From: the human T2T-CHM13v2.0 reference genome, Homo sapiens
Assembly: GCF_009914755.1 (NCBI RefSeq)
Contig: NC_060932.1
Length of the DNA: 64,000 nucleotides
Strand: one strand, 5' to 3'
The position numbers and the translations under genes are program-made. The notes under the pieces are model-generated. The model made no database searches. It saw only the letters and a list, made by a program, of their open reading frames with translations, and was not told where the DNA came from. Positions 12,050 through 27,100 of the stretch are shown here, one piece after another. The stretch's first letter is position 1. The number at the start of each line of letters is the position of its first letter.

Positions 12050-14160
12050 CCACATGAATAAAATTTAGACAAATAGTTCTAAAAGGCTTGCTATGAAAAT
12101 CAACCCTGTTATGCATCCCACTTTATCAGTTCTCTTGGAGTAACTACTGTCAACTATTTAAGCTCGTTCTCTTGTTTCATTTCCTTGTCTCTAAATAATT
12201 GGCAAGTCATACTCTTTCTTGATGTTTCGGTCTAAGGCCTGATCTATTGATTACCCTCATGAAAGGTGAGGTTTTCACTCTTTCACCTCCATCCCACCAC
12301 TGCCAATACATTGTAGCATAACTCGGTTAGATCAGTGTTCTTTGTTGGTGTTTTGTTGACACTTTTCGCAGCTAAACCAGATTAGGATTACTTTTCCTTT
12401 CACAGACAATATTTTATGTTTGCTGCATTAAAAATATGTGTTTGTTTTTTTTTTTTTAATGTGAATGCATCACTAATTCACATCAAACCCTCCTCTGGTT
12501 GTGTAAATCTCCTTTCAATATGTTTAAGTAAATTAGGAATTCTATCACAATTTTTTCTTTTAATTGCCCTTGGAGTTTTCTGAACTGCTCCAGTCTGGGC
12601 TGGTTGCTGTCCAGGCTGGCTGCATACCTCTTGGCCTTGACTCTTTCTTTGACATTAACCTGAGGATTTCCTTAGCCTCTCTCCTGTGTTGAATTGATCT
12701 CATAGTTCCTGTATTCTGTGTCTTTCTCTTCCTTGGTTTGTTCTCTTGTTTGGCCAAGAACATCCTCAAGTAGCTTTCTATGTAAGAGGTGACATTTTTT
12801 TGAAACTTTACTTTTCAAAAAATTTTTTATGCCTTCTACATTTAATCGATAGTTTGGCGGGGTATAAAATCTCATTTCCTTAAGGTTTTCAAGGTGTTGT
12901 TGACAAGTCTGATGTCATTCTGATTCTCAATCCTTAGTATGAGATTTGTCCGTTCCTCCTGCCCCCATCTCCCTGTGTCTTTTAAAAAAATCTCATAGCC
13001 TTCAATTATGAAAACATTTTCTCAAGTTATTATTATTATTATATTTCTCCCTAGCCTGGTCCTCTAATTTTCTTATCTTTCCTCTCCTATCTTCCATCCT
13101 ACTTTTTTGGAGATTTCTTCCATATTGTCTTCCAATTTTTCTTTTGAATTTTTCATTCCCTCTACCTTAGTTTTAATTTTTAAGAACTCTCTTTTGGTTC
13201 TCTGAATGTTCCTTTTCATAGCATCTCATTCTTAGTTTTTTAGACGCAATATCTTTCTGATTATAACATTAATTAGGTTTTCTCCCCTTATAGAGTTTGT
13301 TTATTCAAGTTTATGTCCCCCACCCCGTCTATTTTGTTGGTCTTTCTCTTGTTTCGTGGCTTTCCTCTAATGTCTGCTGGTCCTGAACTGTTGGCTTGTA
13401 TTTAAGGAGAGGGCACTCCGATGTTGGTTGGAAGCTCCATTTATGACGTTGGGGCTTAAGGTCTGTCATCTTCACTATAGAGTATCTGGCTGGATCATTC
13501 CTTTCAGGAACTTTTGATGTCTGTATTTTCAGGCCTTTTTGAGGGAAAGGGAGTGATCAGATTCCACTGAGCAGACTCTCCCAATTTCCTACCTGGAGGG
13601 CACATGCCTGACTGAGTAGGGGAAGAAGCCTGGAGTCCCAGTGCTTCATATTTTCAGCACAATAGCCCCGACCTCAATTGTTCTAAGTGATCCTCTGTCC
13701 AGAAAGTTTCACCAGGAAGTTTTTTATTAGAAAACAAAACAACAACTTCTTTCAGGGTGAAGGAGGGGCACTCATTCAGATTTGGTATTTTGGGGAGAGG
13801 TCCTTGGGTTCTAACTGCTTCTGAAGCCAGTTTTCCACAAATGCTTTCTCTCCCCCTTCCAAAGGTATCTAGTGGCTTCCATTCCTGAGTTCCTTGGGGA
13901 CAGAGGGATAAAAAACACGTTGTACTCAAGTTTCCTTTTTTTCCCCTTAGGATTCAGATTTCTTGAACTGCTAAGATAGTAAGCACTTGCTTATCTCCTT
14001 CCCAGCTTCCAAAATTTTGTAGTACATTTTCTCTCTCCTCTTTTTCCTATGAGTTTATGCCTCTAAAAGTTCCCTTATGTTTGTTTTAGTGGTATTTGGG
14101 AGTGGGACAGAGCTCATTGCATTTGCAATGACAAAATTTGCCATTTAAAAACTGGAATTC
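12050..14160 (-). mobile_element. Old degenerate L1 (L1M/L1ME)
   Basis: Long T-rich degenerate L1 body (e.g. gatagtttggcggggtataaaatctc, acaagtctgatgtcattctgatt). Confidence 0.55.
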
Positions 14161-14241
14161 AATGAGCCTTTTTTTTTTTTTAAAGCCGCTTGGTTATATT
14201 GTAGAAAATGGACTTCATGGTTCTGTTGGTTTTGTATTGGA

Positions 14242-14701
14242 TGGTATACAGAGTAGAATTGTATCCCCCAGAAAGACATGTTGAAGTCCTAACTCCCAGT
14301 ACATGTGAGTGTGGCCTTATTTGAAAATAGGGTCTTTACAGATGTTATCAAGGTAAGATGAGATTATATGATATTAAGGTGAACCTTAATCCAATGGCTG
14401 TTGTTCTTGTAAGAAAAAGGAAATTTGGACACAGACACACAGAGAGGAGAATGCCATGTGCAGTGAAGGCAGAGATTGAAGTGATGCATCTACAAACCAA
14501 GGAACACTACGGACTGTCCACAGCCACCGCAAGCTAGGAGAGGGTGTGGAATTGATTCTCAGTTCCTCCAGAAGGAAGCAACCCTGCCAACACTTTAATT
14601 TCAGACTTCTAGCTCCCAGAACTGTGAGACAGTAAATTTCTGTTGTTTTCAATCACCCAGTTTTTGGTTCTTTGTTACAGCAGTCCCATGAAACTAATAC
14701 A
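14242..14701 (+). mobile_element. MaLR LTR MLT1C-like
   Basis: atgttgaagtcctaactcccagtac..ccttatttgaaaatagggtctttacagatg..ttcagacttctagctcccagaactgtgaga..aactaataca. Confidence 0.85.
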
Positions 14702-15021
14702 GATAGGTATTAAGTTACGTGATTTAGTGTTCTTAGAAATGGGGGCCCTTTGAGAAACTTTCAGTATTCTTAGAAATGGAAGATGCTTTGAGAAATGGAA
14801 GGTGATTTTTCCCTGAAGCAGCAATTTATTCTCTATATCATTTGTTATCTGGCAGTTTCATTGAGTAAATGTCTTAATTATTCTTCAACACTATAAAATT
14901 GTCATGGTATAGAACACATCTGATGTGTCTTCTTATATCTGGCTAACTTTTAAAATGCCAATCTGATTTATTTGGAAAGCTATCAAGCCAAACAGAGCCA
15001 GCTGAACACTGAGAAATCTAA

Positions 15022-15428
15022 TCAGAAGAAAGGGAGAAAAAGAAAGGAAAAAAGAGAGAGAGAGAGAAGGAGAGAAGGGAAGAGAAGGGAAGGGAGAAAG
15101 AAAGGAAAGGAAGGGAGAGAGGGAGGGAGGAAGGAAAGAGAGAGAGAAAGAAGCAAGGAAGGACAGAAAGAAAGGAAGGAAGGAAGAAAGGAAAGAAGAG
15201 AAAAAGAAAGAAAGAGAGAAGGAAGGGGGGAGGGAGGAGGAAACAGTGAGAGAAAGAGAGAAAGAAGGAAGGAGGAAAGAGCAAGGAAGGAAGGAGAAAG
15301 AAAGAAAGGCAAGAGAGGAAGGAAGGAAAGGAGGAAGGAAGGAAGGAAAGAAAGAAAAGAGAGAGAATGAAAGAAAGAGAAAGAGAAAGAAAGTAAGAAA
15401 GAAAGAAAAGAAAAGAAAGAAAGAGGGA
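15022..15428 (+). repeat. About 400-bp purine-rich low-complexity tract (AAAG/GGAA/AG)
   Basis: Almost exclusively A/G; source of four spurious ORFs in the track. Confidence 0.95.
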
Positions 15429-16334
15429 GTCCAAATATATCTTCATTCATTTTGACCTGAACTCTGGAAAATCTTCCAGCAATATGAACCCAATATCCAG
15501 ATTCTAGTCCCTCCACACAGATTCCTCTAGGGACTTTCTGTTTTTGCAGTTGCCCTGGGGCTATAGCTTTTTCCAAAGAGCTAGAAAACACTAGTTCTAA
15601 AGGACACATTAATAAATGCAGGTGACCACAAGGACTTGTGGAGAACAAAGAGAAACAATGATAAGAGCCCCAGGAAAGACCTCACTAGCAGATTTTCTGT
15701 CTCCTTTGCATCTGTTTACCTCTCGTGTCAGAGTGAGGACCTAGCTGGATCCAGGAAACCCAGGCAAAATCTGCTTCCCAGTAGAGTTCACTATTGGTGA
15801 AGAAATAGCCCCAAAACTAGATTTCACACAGTTCAAAAGCCAGTTCTCCCAAAATAAATTTGCCAGTTAGTGAACCTACCTGAATACCTAAGGTCTTTCC
15901 CCAGGTTTTGATTCTGCCTCAACGTTGCCGCAGCTGCCTTGGCTTAGAATTGTTAGTCCAGGAATTCTTCTAAGTGTGAATGACTGGGCTTTCCTTTAAA
16001 TCCATTTTTGCTGTTTTATGTCCCCTAAACTGTCTCTTTGGGCTTCTGCTCTGCTCCTGTTCCTGCCCCTGCCTGTATCTACTTCTGTTTCCATGGGGAA
16101 GTGTTTGGGAAATTGGAACCTTGGGTCCTTTTTTTTTACCCCTCTTCAATGAAAAGAACATTTGACTAGCTCTTGGCTAGTATTTTTGGCCTTTCAGTGA
16201 AATGGTTGTTGGTGAATTACAACTTGATAAAATGATCCAGAGGCCAGATATCCTATCCAAGAAAGCATCTTTTGCTTTAGGAAGGCAATAGAAGGTCATT
16301 AGGATTAGGTAGACTGAATTCTATTCTGGCTTGC

Positions 16335-16730
<396 letters not shown>

Positions 16731-18439
16731 TAGGGATTAAATGACCCTGGGGATAACTTGAATGCTTTTTTAAAAATTATGATTTACTTAAAAATGTGTA
16801 TATTAAATCAGGTAAAGTTACTCCTTATAGCTTATAAACAATTATAAAACAAAAAATAATGATTTACAAAGGAGAGAGGTGCAAACCAGGCCAGTGACAT
16901 TCTGAATAATAGCATTAATCTAATATAACAAATAGTTTTGTTTTATGGAAACTGAATCACAAATATTGCTTTTAGTGGTAGAAAGATACATTTGCTTATT
17001 TTCCATTTCACTTTTGCCCACTGGATCCTTTTGATTTTTGAGGCACGGTGGGCCATCATTTGAACTGTTAACACTATCACAGTTATTTTTCATTTTAATG
17101 GTGACGCCAGCTTTAGCCATCCACGGCACTTACTGCAAGTTGGTGCATCTAAGGATGGGAACTGTGTGGCCACACAGATGAGGATGCCACTGTTTCCATC
17201 ACAGGGCTCCTGCACGGGTGATGATTCAATTCTCTCACCCTCTTCTGTATTTAAATGACTCAGAAGCTTTCATCCGTGATGCCATTTTGCCATCATGAAG
17301 TATAGAGATCTCATTTATATCTTCCTTTTTTCACACTTCAAGACTATTGAAGGAATTGATGCCATTTCAGCCTTTAAAACAATACATATGTCATCACCAA
17401 ATCATGGAATCCTAATAAGTTGAGATCATTTGGATGATTCTAAATTTGCTAATAATAGTTTTTTTTCACAATTACCATGAAACAGAAGAATGATAGTATA
17501 TCCTCAGATCCCCCCAGGAATTTGCTGACTGTCACATTTTCAGGCAAATTGGCCAAAATGTAGGAAAGTGTCTGGCATGTAGTAGGTACTTGGTAAAGAA
17601 AAGTTTTTTATGAAATTCATGCCAAAACCATCCAGTAAAGCCAGAGATTTCCAAACTTTATACTTAAAGTTCCATCAACTGGACTTCAATGATTCTATGT
17701 CTCAAAAAAATTAAAAAGCATTAGGGAAAATATTACTCAACTTAAACCTTGACAAAGTTGAATTGGAATATTAAGTAACTAGCAACACTGGTGCCAGAAG
17801 TGAGTAAAGTTATCTGCAGAGTGCAAAATTCGTCACGGTCCTTGCCCACAGACTTGTAGTCTACATAAGAACCAAAAGGGCGTGAAGAAATTACTGTAAA
17901 ACCTATCACATTAAGGAGCAAGAGACTATGGAAAGGACACCCATTCTCACAATGAGAAAGGTTGTCCTTGTAGAGAAACTGGAGGCCTTCACCCATAGAC
18001 GATCCAGAGTGTGAAAATTACAGGGCCAGGACACAGAGCAGCTTTTGGAAGATTCAAACCCCAGAAGCTGATAGCTGCTCAGACTGTGAAAGGGATCCTG
18101 AATCCATTCTGCCGGCCTCCCCCATCAAGATGGAGTTCTCTCAGGAAAGGACAAATGGACAAATTCCAATTTGGTTGTCAGGGAAACCTCTGGCAAAGCA
18201 CCAAAAAAAAAAAAAAAAAAAGTGCCAGTCTGTTCTGGGAATAAAGGACAGTCATTTGTGTGTTTTCTGGGAAGCAACTGTGGTGAGACTGGACCTTTGC
18301 ACATCGGGCACAGCCAGGGGCCTGATGGCAAAGGAAACTGTATGCCAAGCCCCAGGAAGGGCTTCCTTCACAGACTCATAGCATGGCCTGCTACTCTTCC
18401 AGCCATGACCTTGGGACTCTGCTGCAAGGATGCCAGTTA

Positions 18440-18860
18440 GCCGATTTTCTGGGCTCAACTTGTGAACTGCAAAGATGCAGGCAAGGAACAGAGAAAACCC
18501 TGGATGAATGCATTTGGAAATAGATCATAGGCAAAGGGTAATTCATAGATGTTTGGATCTGGAAGACACCTGAGGATAGAGAAAGCCACTTTTTTAGACT
18601 CACTCCAAGAAGGCACCTTGGCCATGCTTCATGGTTCGATAAGCTTGGGAAATGCTCCATACCCTGAACTCCTCTTAGAGAGCCACAGTGTACATTCCCA
18701 TAGTAATGGTTGGAACTATGTCACATGGCCACATCTAGCTGCAAGGGAAGCTGGGGAACATCTTTTAGCTGAGCAGCAACAGACCATCTAAAAGCCAAGA
18801 TTCTGTTACAATAGCAAAAGCAAAGGCCTCATATTGGAAGGCAGCCAGCAATCTGACAAC
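18440..18860 (-). mobile_element. Old MaLR LTR fragment (MLT1J/K-type)
   Basis: gtcacatggccacatctagctgcaagggaagctgggga motif. Confidence 0.5.
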
Positions 18861-19789
18861 AGTCCCCCAAATTCTGGGGCATCATTTTGAAAAAATGGTA
18901 ACCACTGCTAAAGGGGGCTTTTTCCTTCCATTTTCATTGCATGGAATTATACCAGTTGATCTCCACCCAGGATAACTCCAGGACAGAGCCTGTCAGCCTG
19001 TGGCGGAACTTCCTCACTCCCTGCAGTTACTCACCTCTCTGCCCTCCCTGCCCTAAACAGTTGAAAGCCCAGAGAACTTTTTCTCAGGCCTCCTCATTTT
19101 GACTCAGCTCTGTCTTTCTCAGGGCTAAGCACCAGAGACCTCATCTCTGCTTCACTTTCTTTCTCTCTACACAACCCCAAGTTTACTTACTTTCCTTTAT
19201 TAACACAATCCTCTAATAGTGTGAACTACAACAAAAGGCAATATTGTGTGCTTTCATGAAAGCAAAAATATAAACGATTGAAAATGTGTGCAATTCAAAT
19301 AGCTCAGAAATGATTTGTGTTTATTTACTTATGTTGTAATTTCAGAACTGTTTTATCATCATTTCTGAATGATATCCTTCTGTGAGGCTCCTGACATGAT
19401 TCCTCTCTTTCCTAGTTAAATGGGGAAAGGAATTCATGTGTAAATCCATTAATTTGGGAGAATCTTGGAAGTCACCACCCCCAAGCAAATAGGCTTTACT
19501 TCAGCAATTTGGAAGTGGTACCTTAAAACCTTTGATTTCAATGTTCAAATTTATAGCAAGGGAGTTGAATTTGAAGCAGGATTGAATTAAGAATAACTCC
19601 ACTGAATGCCAGGAAACTGCCTTTGGGTGGCATTTGTCTGGGCATGACCTCAGTTGTGGGCAGTCTCACTGGAGCAAAGAGCTCAAACCCCAAGGTGGCT
19701 TTTGAGACAAGGCCTGGGTGGAGAAGTCCTGCCTTGCCCACAGCAGAGCCACACTGGGGGTATCGTCTATTTATACCACTAATTCTACT

Positions 19790-19975
19790 CTGGACCAGGT
19801 CCCTGCTTTACATAGTATCCTCTCAATTAATTTGTAGAACAGTCTCATGAGTTTAGCATCACTATTCCCATTTTGTAGGTGAAGAAATTGAGGGTTCGAG
19901 ATATAAAAGAAGCTGCCCAAAGTTACACAGTTGAAAGTGCCAGACTCAAGCCAAGCTTTGCTTTACTCTAAAACC
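19790..19975 (-). mobile_element. MIR
   Basis: Core attcccattttgtaggtgaagaaattgagg..gctgcccaaagttacacag. Confidence 0.7.
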
Positions 19976-21108
19976 CTTTTTTGAGACCACTGAGTCCCAG
20001 ACTTTTGGAATTCACTGGCCAGCAAAAAGGAAAAAAATATGTGTAAGATTTAAAAGAAAAAAAGGTGTGAGTGTGTGTGCACGCTGATCAAGGTGCTAAC
20101 TTTTTATTTAGGGGGGCATGAAAAAGACCTGTCATTTATTACTTCTACTATTTCACAAGAAAGGCTCTCTCACGCATACATGCACACACACACATGCACA
20201 CATGCTGCAGAAAGCACTGTTAAATTAATTCAGCAAGTATGTACTGGCACTTATGATGTGCTAGGCACTGTTCTAGTCATTGCAGAATATAATAGTGACA
20301 AAAAAAACCAAAAATTCTTGCCCTCATGCTTAAAGCCTAGGTGCAGGGTAATAGATTTAAAAGAAAGAAGAAGGAAAGGACATAGTATTAATGTTAGAAC
20401 TAAGTGCCATAAGAAAAAAAAAAGAGAGAGGAGAGGGATAGATATATAAGGAAGCCCTTCCTGAAGAAGGGACAGAAACACACCGATCTTGCTAAGAAAG
20501 GGAGTGAGCAATCCTAGCGCCCACACTAACCCACCACGCTATCTAATTTTTCTCATTGTACCATGCGCCAGGGGAATTGTCTCTGTGACCCGCCTTTTGG
20601 AAACCTCTGCCCTGTGCTGTCCTAGCTCCACAGAAGTTGAAATGGGAGGGACCTGCATGAAGGGTTCAGACTCTGCTTCTGGTTCGTTTCCTCTCAGGCT
20701 TGGTTGGCTGAAGTTTTATCTTGCCTCTGACATGATCCGGGAAATTTTTCATTTTGCCCCAATGTGAATCAATAGTTCGAAGGAAGAACTGTGAATAGAA
20801 AACTTCTGCTTTCTGAGGGCAAATGCTGCAGGGCCCTCGCATGCCTTCCTGCTGTGCTACATCCCCTTTGCTGGACTTGCTGAGTTAGTTTGAGCTGGTG
20901 GGTACTTGTTTCATCTCCCCATGTGTTTCTAGCCTGTTGTGGGAAGAAAATTTAGACAAAGTATGCTTGTGCTCATTTTATGAAGGTTTTCCTCTGGGTT
21001 TTTGTTGAAGTTGTTAAAAGGGATATTTCTCAAACTTCATAAAGATGGAAAGCATATATGGATCTCAAAATTTCCTTTTCTCCTTTTCTCACTCTTCCTG
21101 TGTGCGGG

Positions 21109-21433
21109 TTTTTTGTTGTTGTTGTTGTTGTTGTTTTGTTTTTTTTTTTTTTTGAGACAGGATCTCATTCTATTGCCCAGTGGGGTGCAGTGACATGATC
21201 TCGGCTCACTGTAGCTTCACTCCTGGGCCCAAGTGATCCTCCCACTTCAGTCTCCCAAGTGGCTGAGACTACTGGTGTGCACCACCACTCCCAACTAATT
21301 TTTGTATTTTTTGTAGAGACGGGGTCTTACTATGTTGCCCAGGCTGGTCTCAAACTCCTGGCCTTGAGTGATGTTCCCACCTTGGCCTCCCAAAGCACTG
21401 GGAGTTTATAGGCATAAGCCACTGTACCCGGCC
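21109..21433 (-). mobile_element. Alu (AluJ-like) with (TTG)n tail
   Basis: Reverse Alu dimer preceded by (TTG)n and poly-T. Confidence 0.92.
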
Positions 21434-21589
21434 TTCTTCTTCTCTAGATAGCCACCTATCCCATGCAAAATTCCCCACCGTCTTGGCAGTCTGTGTTCCC
21501 CTAGGACCGCAGTTTCTGGTTTTTACTCTGAGTACAGCATTTCCATTTCTCACAAAATTCCAGTTTCTCACAGTAAATAGGGCAAGGTG

Positions 21590-21930
21590 GTGCTTGGAAT
21601 CACAGAGACTAGAGTTCTAATTGTTGCTTTACCTCTTACTAGGCTGAGACCTTGGGAAAATTACTTGAACTTTCTCAGTCCTAGTTTTCTTATCTGTTGT
21701 GTTAGGGTAACAAGAGTTCTTACCTCATAGGATTGATGTGGACATTAAATAAAATAATATACCGTAAAATTTATTGTAATTTATATGTGCCATGCACTAT
21801 TCTAAGAGCTTTGTGTATATTAACTAGTTGAATCCTCCACAAATTCCTTAAAATCAGAGCTATTATTTTAGAGAAGAAGGAACTAAATCACATAGAAGTT
21901 AGGCTGCTTGCTCAAGATCACTGTGTGTTC
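21590..21930. mobile_element. Two MIR fragments, opposite orientations
   Basis: gaccttgggaaaattacttgaactttctcagtcctagttttcttatctgt and ttttagagaagaaggaactaa..cttgctcaagatcac. Confidence 0.6.
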
Positions 21931-22149
21931 CTAGCATGTAGAGTGATGGTTTTCATTAATATAATCTCTGGTGGGGAAATTAGGAACCATCTGGTCTTGT
22001 CATTGGAGCTCAGCTATCAAGTTGCTACTTAATAGGTAGTTTCATTAAAAAGCAGAGGACTATATCAAAGTATATTTCTCAAAATGTTAAAAACTTAATT
22101 ATCATACAAATAAATAGTGAGCAGGTATCACTATCTTTTTAACTCATTG

Positions 22150-22520
22150 ATGAGGGTCACAGCTGGATGATAAAGTCAGCTCAAAAGAGAATATGAGAAT
22201 GTGATTAACAGAAGGGCGACATGAAGAATCCTTGTGGTGATGGAGCTGTTCTGTATCTTGGTTGCAGTGGTGGATAAGTAAAAGTGCACATGTAATAAAA
22301 TCATATAGGATTAAGTACAAATATACAAATGAGTACAAATTAAACCTGGGGAAATCTAAATAGGACGGGTGGATTGTACCAATGTCAGTACCCTGGATAG
22401 GATCTTGTACTACAATTCTGTAAGATGTTACCATTGGGGGAAATTAGAAAAGAGCACACAGATCACTCTGTACGATTTCTTACAACAATCTATAGATGAT
22501 TTTGAAATAAAAAGTTTAAT
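22150..22520 (+). mobile_element. L1MC/L1ME-type 3' end
   Basis: tgtggtgatggagctgttctgtatcttg..ggattgtaccaatgtcagt..agatgttaccattggggg..aaataaaaagttt. Confidence 0.75.
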
Positions 22521-22523
22521 TTA

Positions 22524-22829
<306 letters not shown>

Positions 22830-23116
22830 TTAAAAACAAAATAAATAAATGGCTCAGAACAAAAGGGAATATGAGAAACTTTTAAAAATAGTTGGTGGAA
22901 AGAAGGAAAGCTGAGATAAGATTGCTAAATTAAATACAAAACTAGTTACATCCTAAAGGACAAAACAAAAACAAAAAAATTCCACAAAACCCAAACCCAT
23001 AGTCTTTGGGGTTCTCTTCTCTATCAGACAGAAAAGAAACTCATCATGCATGATCAGTTCTCAGAATTGTAAACTGTTTGGCCCTAATCAAATGTGCAAA
23101 CCAAGTTGCACGCTCT

Positions 23117-23270
23117 AGGCCAGGATCTCTCAATGCCTCCAGCACTATGGAAATTTTGGGCCCAAATAATTCTTTGTTGGGGGTGCTGTCGTGGGCACTG
23201 TAGGATGTTTAGTAGCATGTGTGGCCTCTACAGCTGAAACATCTCCACATGTCCACTGGGGGTAAAGTCA
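23117..23270. mobile_element. MER20 (hAT-Charlie)
   Basis: cagcactatggaaattttgggcccaaataattctttgttgggggtgctgtc..cactgtaggatgtttagtagcat. Confidence 0.75.
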
Positions 23271-25144
23271 TGCTGGGTAGGAGCCCCAGAACACCTTTAG
23301 GTGAGCTTGTTGGGAAGTGCTCCTAGCATAACGTTAATCATCTTTTCTGCATTATCCCAATCTCTGGATAATTGTTCTTCACAAATAAAACTACCATTTG
23401 GAGGGTCACTGTGCTGAATAGAAGCACAATGTGCTCTATGCGGAGTCACAGACTTTTAGCAGAACAGGATCCTTAGAGATTTTCTAGGCCTGCTTCACCC
23501 TCCTTGTTTCCCAGCTGAGGAATACCAGTGGAGATGGCTCGGCTAAAGTCACATAGCTAGTTCATGTGGGTGTGTCCAATTCAATCCTGTCTTCTTCCAA
23601 ATGGATGTGAAGCAGTCACTATGAAGTCTTTAAAACTTTGTGGGTACCAATTATGTGCCAGGCCCTGCGCTGGGCTCACAGCCAGGTGATGGCTAACACA
23701 AGGTCCTGCTCTTGAGGCACTGATGGTCTTCCTGGGGAGATAAGGATGTAGGCAAATAATTACTGTGGGAGGGATATTCAGTAGTGCAGGCTGAGGATGA
23801 AGGCTGTGATGGCCTTAGAGTCTCAGGGATAAGCCCTAAGGGAGTCTGATGAGGACCAGAGTTCCCAGCTCCATGATCAAAGAGAGGTGGTTGTACTCAT
23901 TGCAGAGGGAAGTTGTTGTTCCTGGCGCAGAGGGAATGTGAGGCCCAAAAGTGAATCTGCCCACAGTGCAGGCCTGGGCCAGGTTCTGGGATTACTGGGA
24001 GGCCCAGAAGACAATGATAAGCAGGGGGAGTGCAGAAATGGGGAGCTGTGAAGAACAAGTGGAAGAAAGGAGCAGATTTATAGCCAAGAGATCAGGCCAA
24101 AGATAGGACAGGGTGGGCGAGTGGGAGGAATGCAATTCTGAGATGGAGAAATTAAGACAACTAGAGTTCCAGGAAGAAGAGAACAACTGGGTAAAATCAC
24201 AGCAGTGTTGAGAGCATGGTGGTGCCCGTGGTTTACTGTTAGTGGTCACTACGGTTTCCAGAAATCTAACTGCATGAATGGCACCCAGGAACTGAATCTG
24301 GGACTTCCTGGCTGGCTGCACCCTGCAAGGCTCACGTGCTTGGCCTCAGAGAGGAAAGGGACTGGAACTAGGACTCAGAACAAAAATTTGGCAGAGCATG
24401 AATCCAGGTCTGGCTGGCACAGGAGCTGCTTCCAAGATATTTTACATCCAAAGCACCAACCTCACATGTTGTGGCAGTTACAGGAAGGAGGCTTCCAACT
24501 TTAGCATCCTTCAAGCCCTTGCCTCGTTCCTCGTGACTCACCAGGGAGAGAGAAACTGGAAAACAGGGACCAGAAGGATGTAGGGAGAGGATTAGACAAA
24601 ATAAGGGCCAGAGCAAGATGCAAAGTGGAGATGCTGCCCGCCAGTTCTTTGGGATTCAGCAGGCAAGCCTTCCTTGGGGAAACCCTTTCAGGCAAGGAGG
24701 AGAACAAGTTGAGATGTAAAGCAATGATTGTGTGAAAATAGATAGGATTGAAAATGAACCAAGACAAAATTGTATCTGCCCAACTTCTTGAATTCAGGTG
24801 ACTCTGGATGACCAAATATCTATGTAATGGCTTTTCTTTTGTTCCTTCCTTTCTGGATAATTGGATTAGAAAACTCTAGTAAACCTCAGTTATAGCATCC
24901 CTGAAAACACAGCTCAAAAGGGGAAAAGTTGAAGAGAGCTGGCTTTCCTTTCTCTGGGATATAAGATGTAGAGTTTAGGTTTCGTGATGAGGTTTTGAGG
25001 CCTTTCAGAATATTAAAAGGAAGAGAGAGAATTCTCAGGAAAGGGTGGAGGTGCTGTAGGAACCGACTATCCCACAACGGTTCCTTCCTGCCACTCCCCA
25101 GAGGTGAGTGGTTGTGCTCTGGAGGTGGAAGGGGAGGGAATTAG

Positions 25145-25517
<373 letters not shown>

Positions 25518-26699
25518 AGGAATATCTTTAGGTAACCCCATGCCGCTAATAAAATTCTCCATGTGCTGTAGCTAAATAGTTTCTGTCTTAGTGTACATTG
25601 ATTTCCTCGGGACCTAGGGCCACAGCTACAGGGGATTTGGACCTAATAGCCATAACAAAATAAATGAGAATTTGGTTAATAGTAGCTGATATTAAAACTA
25701 ATATTTATTAGCAGTCTCTATGGGCCAAACATGCTGCATACTGGTGGTGGCACCCACTTAGGTAGCAGGTGAAAAGTTGGCTTCTTTTAACCTGGGATTT
25801 TGCAACCAAAGTTAAGAACTCCAAATCCATGTTATAGAACATACCTTATGCTGTTCACTGAACATAAAAAATGTATTCATATATATAACCATACTTTATA
25901 TACTGGATAGATTTTGCAGTGTCGTTCTGGGGCTGACTCCGGATCCCTCTCCATGAGGATTTTGGGTGAAGCACCTAGCCGGGCATGAGACATGAAATTT
26001 CCTTTCTGCTTCATCCAGAGCCTTTTCTTCTTTTATCTTCCTCATTCTGCCTCCTTTGCTGTTTCATATCCCACCCTGGTTTGCCACAGAATTAATTAGC
26101 CTCCAAGGAACCCCCATTTCTTCATCTGCAGGTGTGCAACATCTCAACTCTACATTTTCTGAGGCTCCAGCCAGCTCCCTTCCCAGTATCCTACTGTTTA
26201 GATCTGCACAAGGCTAGGGCTTTGGGCTTTTGAACATTTACTCCCCTTTGATGTGAACTCTGCAAAGTGCTTGATTCAGCTGCTCTTTTGCCCAAATGGC
26301 TTTTATTGCTTTCTGCCTCATTCTGTAGTGTTGAGAAGAGGGACAGAAAGACATAACATGTGGTTATATACGGAACACCTGGGCTTTTAAGAGAACAAAT
26401 TTTCCATCTGACAATCAATGATCTCTAGTAAGACTTAAATGTAGATTTAACATGAAGTAAGTAACAAGACTCACACTGTCTTCATGACTTCTGGAATCCA
26501 CAGGTAGGAGCAGATAGGAAGAGGTTTCCATCCTCACAGTGTTTGACTGTGAAGTCCTGATAGTAGAGACCCTATGTTATTGATTATTATTGTGTTGTCC
26601 ACTTGGTCCATACATCTCCATCAAGAAGGCGCTAACTGACCAGGAATTCCTGGGGTCTGCATGAATCCCAAGATACTTATCCGTGAGAGAGCTTTCACG

Positions 26700-27100
26700 G
26701 ATAAGCTTTTCCAGCTGCAAGTGACAGAATGACCTACCAGGCTGCTAAGTAGCAAGGAATTTGTTATCTCCATAGCAAGAAACTCAGAGGCAGGGAGGCT
26801 CCAGGGTGAGCTAACTCCATAGTACAGGGAGGCCAGGCTTCCAGGACTTCTTCCCCATGGGGACAGGTCTTCATTCACTCTCAGGCAACACCATTCAGAG
26901 GCAGGAAAGGAAGTTTCCTCCATTATCTTTTTCCCAGAAGCCCCACAGAAGATGACCTTGACATATCATGGGACAGAATTCAATCACATTCTCACCATAG
27001 AACACATCACTGGAAAATGAGAGGATTTAACCATTATTATCTCAAACCAGTCATGTTTTATTTCCTGGGGCTGGGGGAAGTGCTGCTGGGGAGCTGGGAG
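26700..27100 (-). mobile_element. Old MaLR LTR fragment (MLT1-type)
   Basis: ttccagctgcaagtgacagaa..aaggaatttgttatctccatagcaagaaactcagaggcagg. Confidence 0.5.

Noticed and set aside
14972-15648. Long K/R/E-rich and F/L/S-rich ORFs (up to 208 aa)
   Set aside because: Translations of the purine low-complexity tract, which lacks stop codons.
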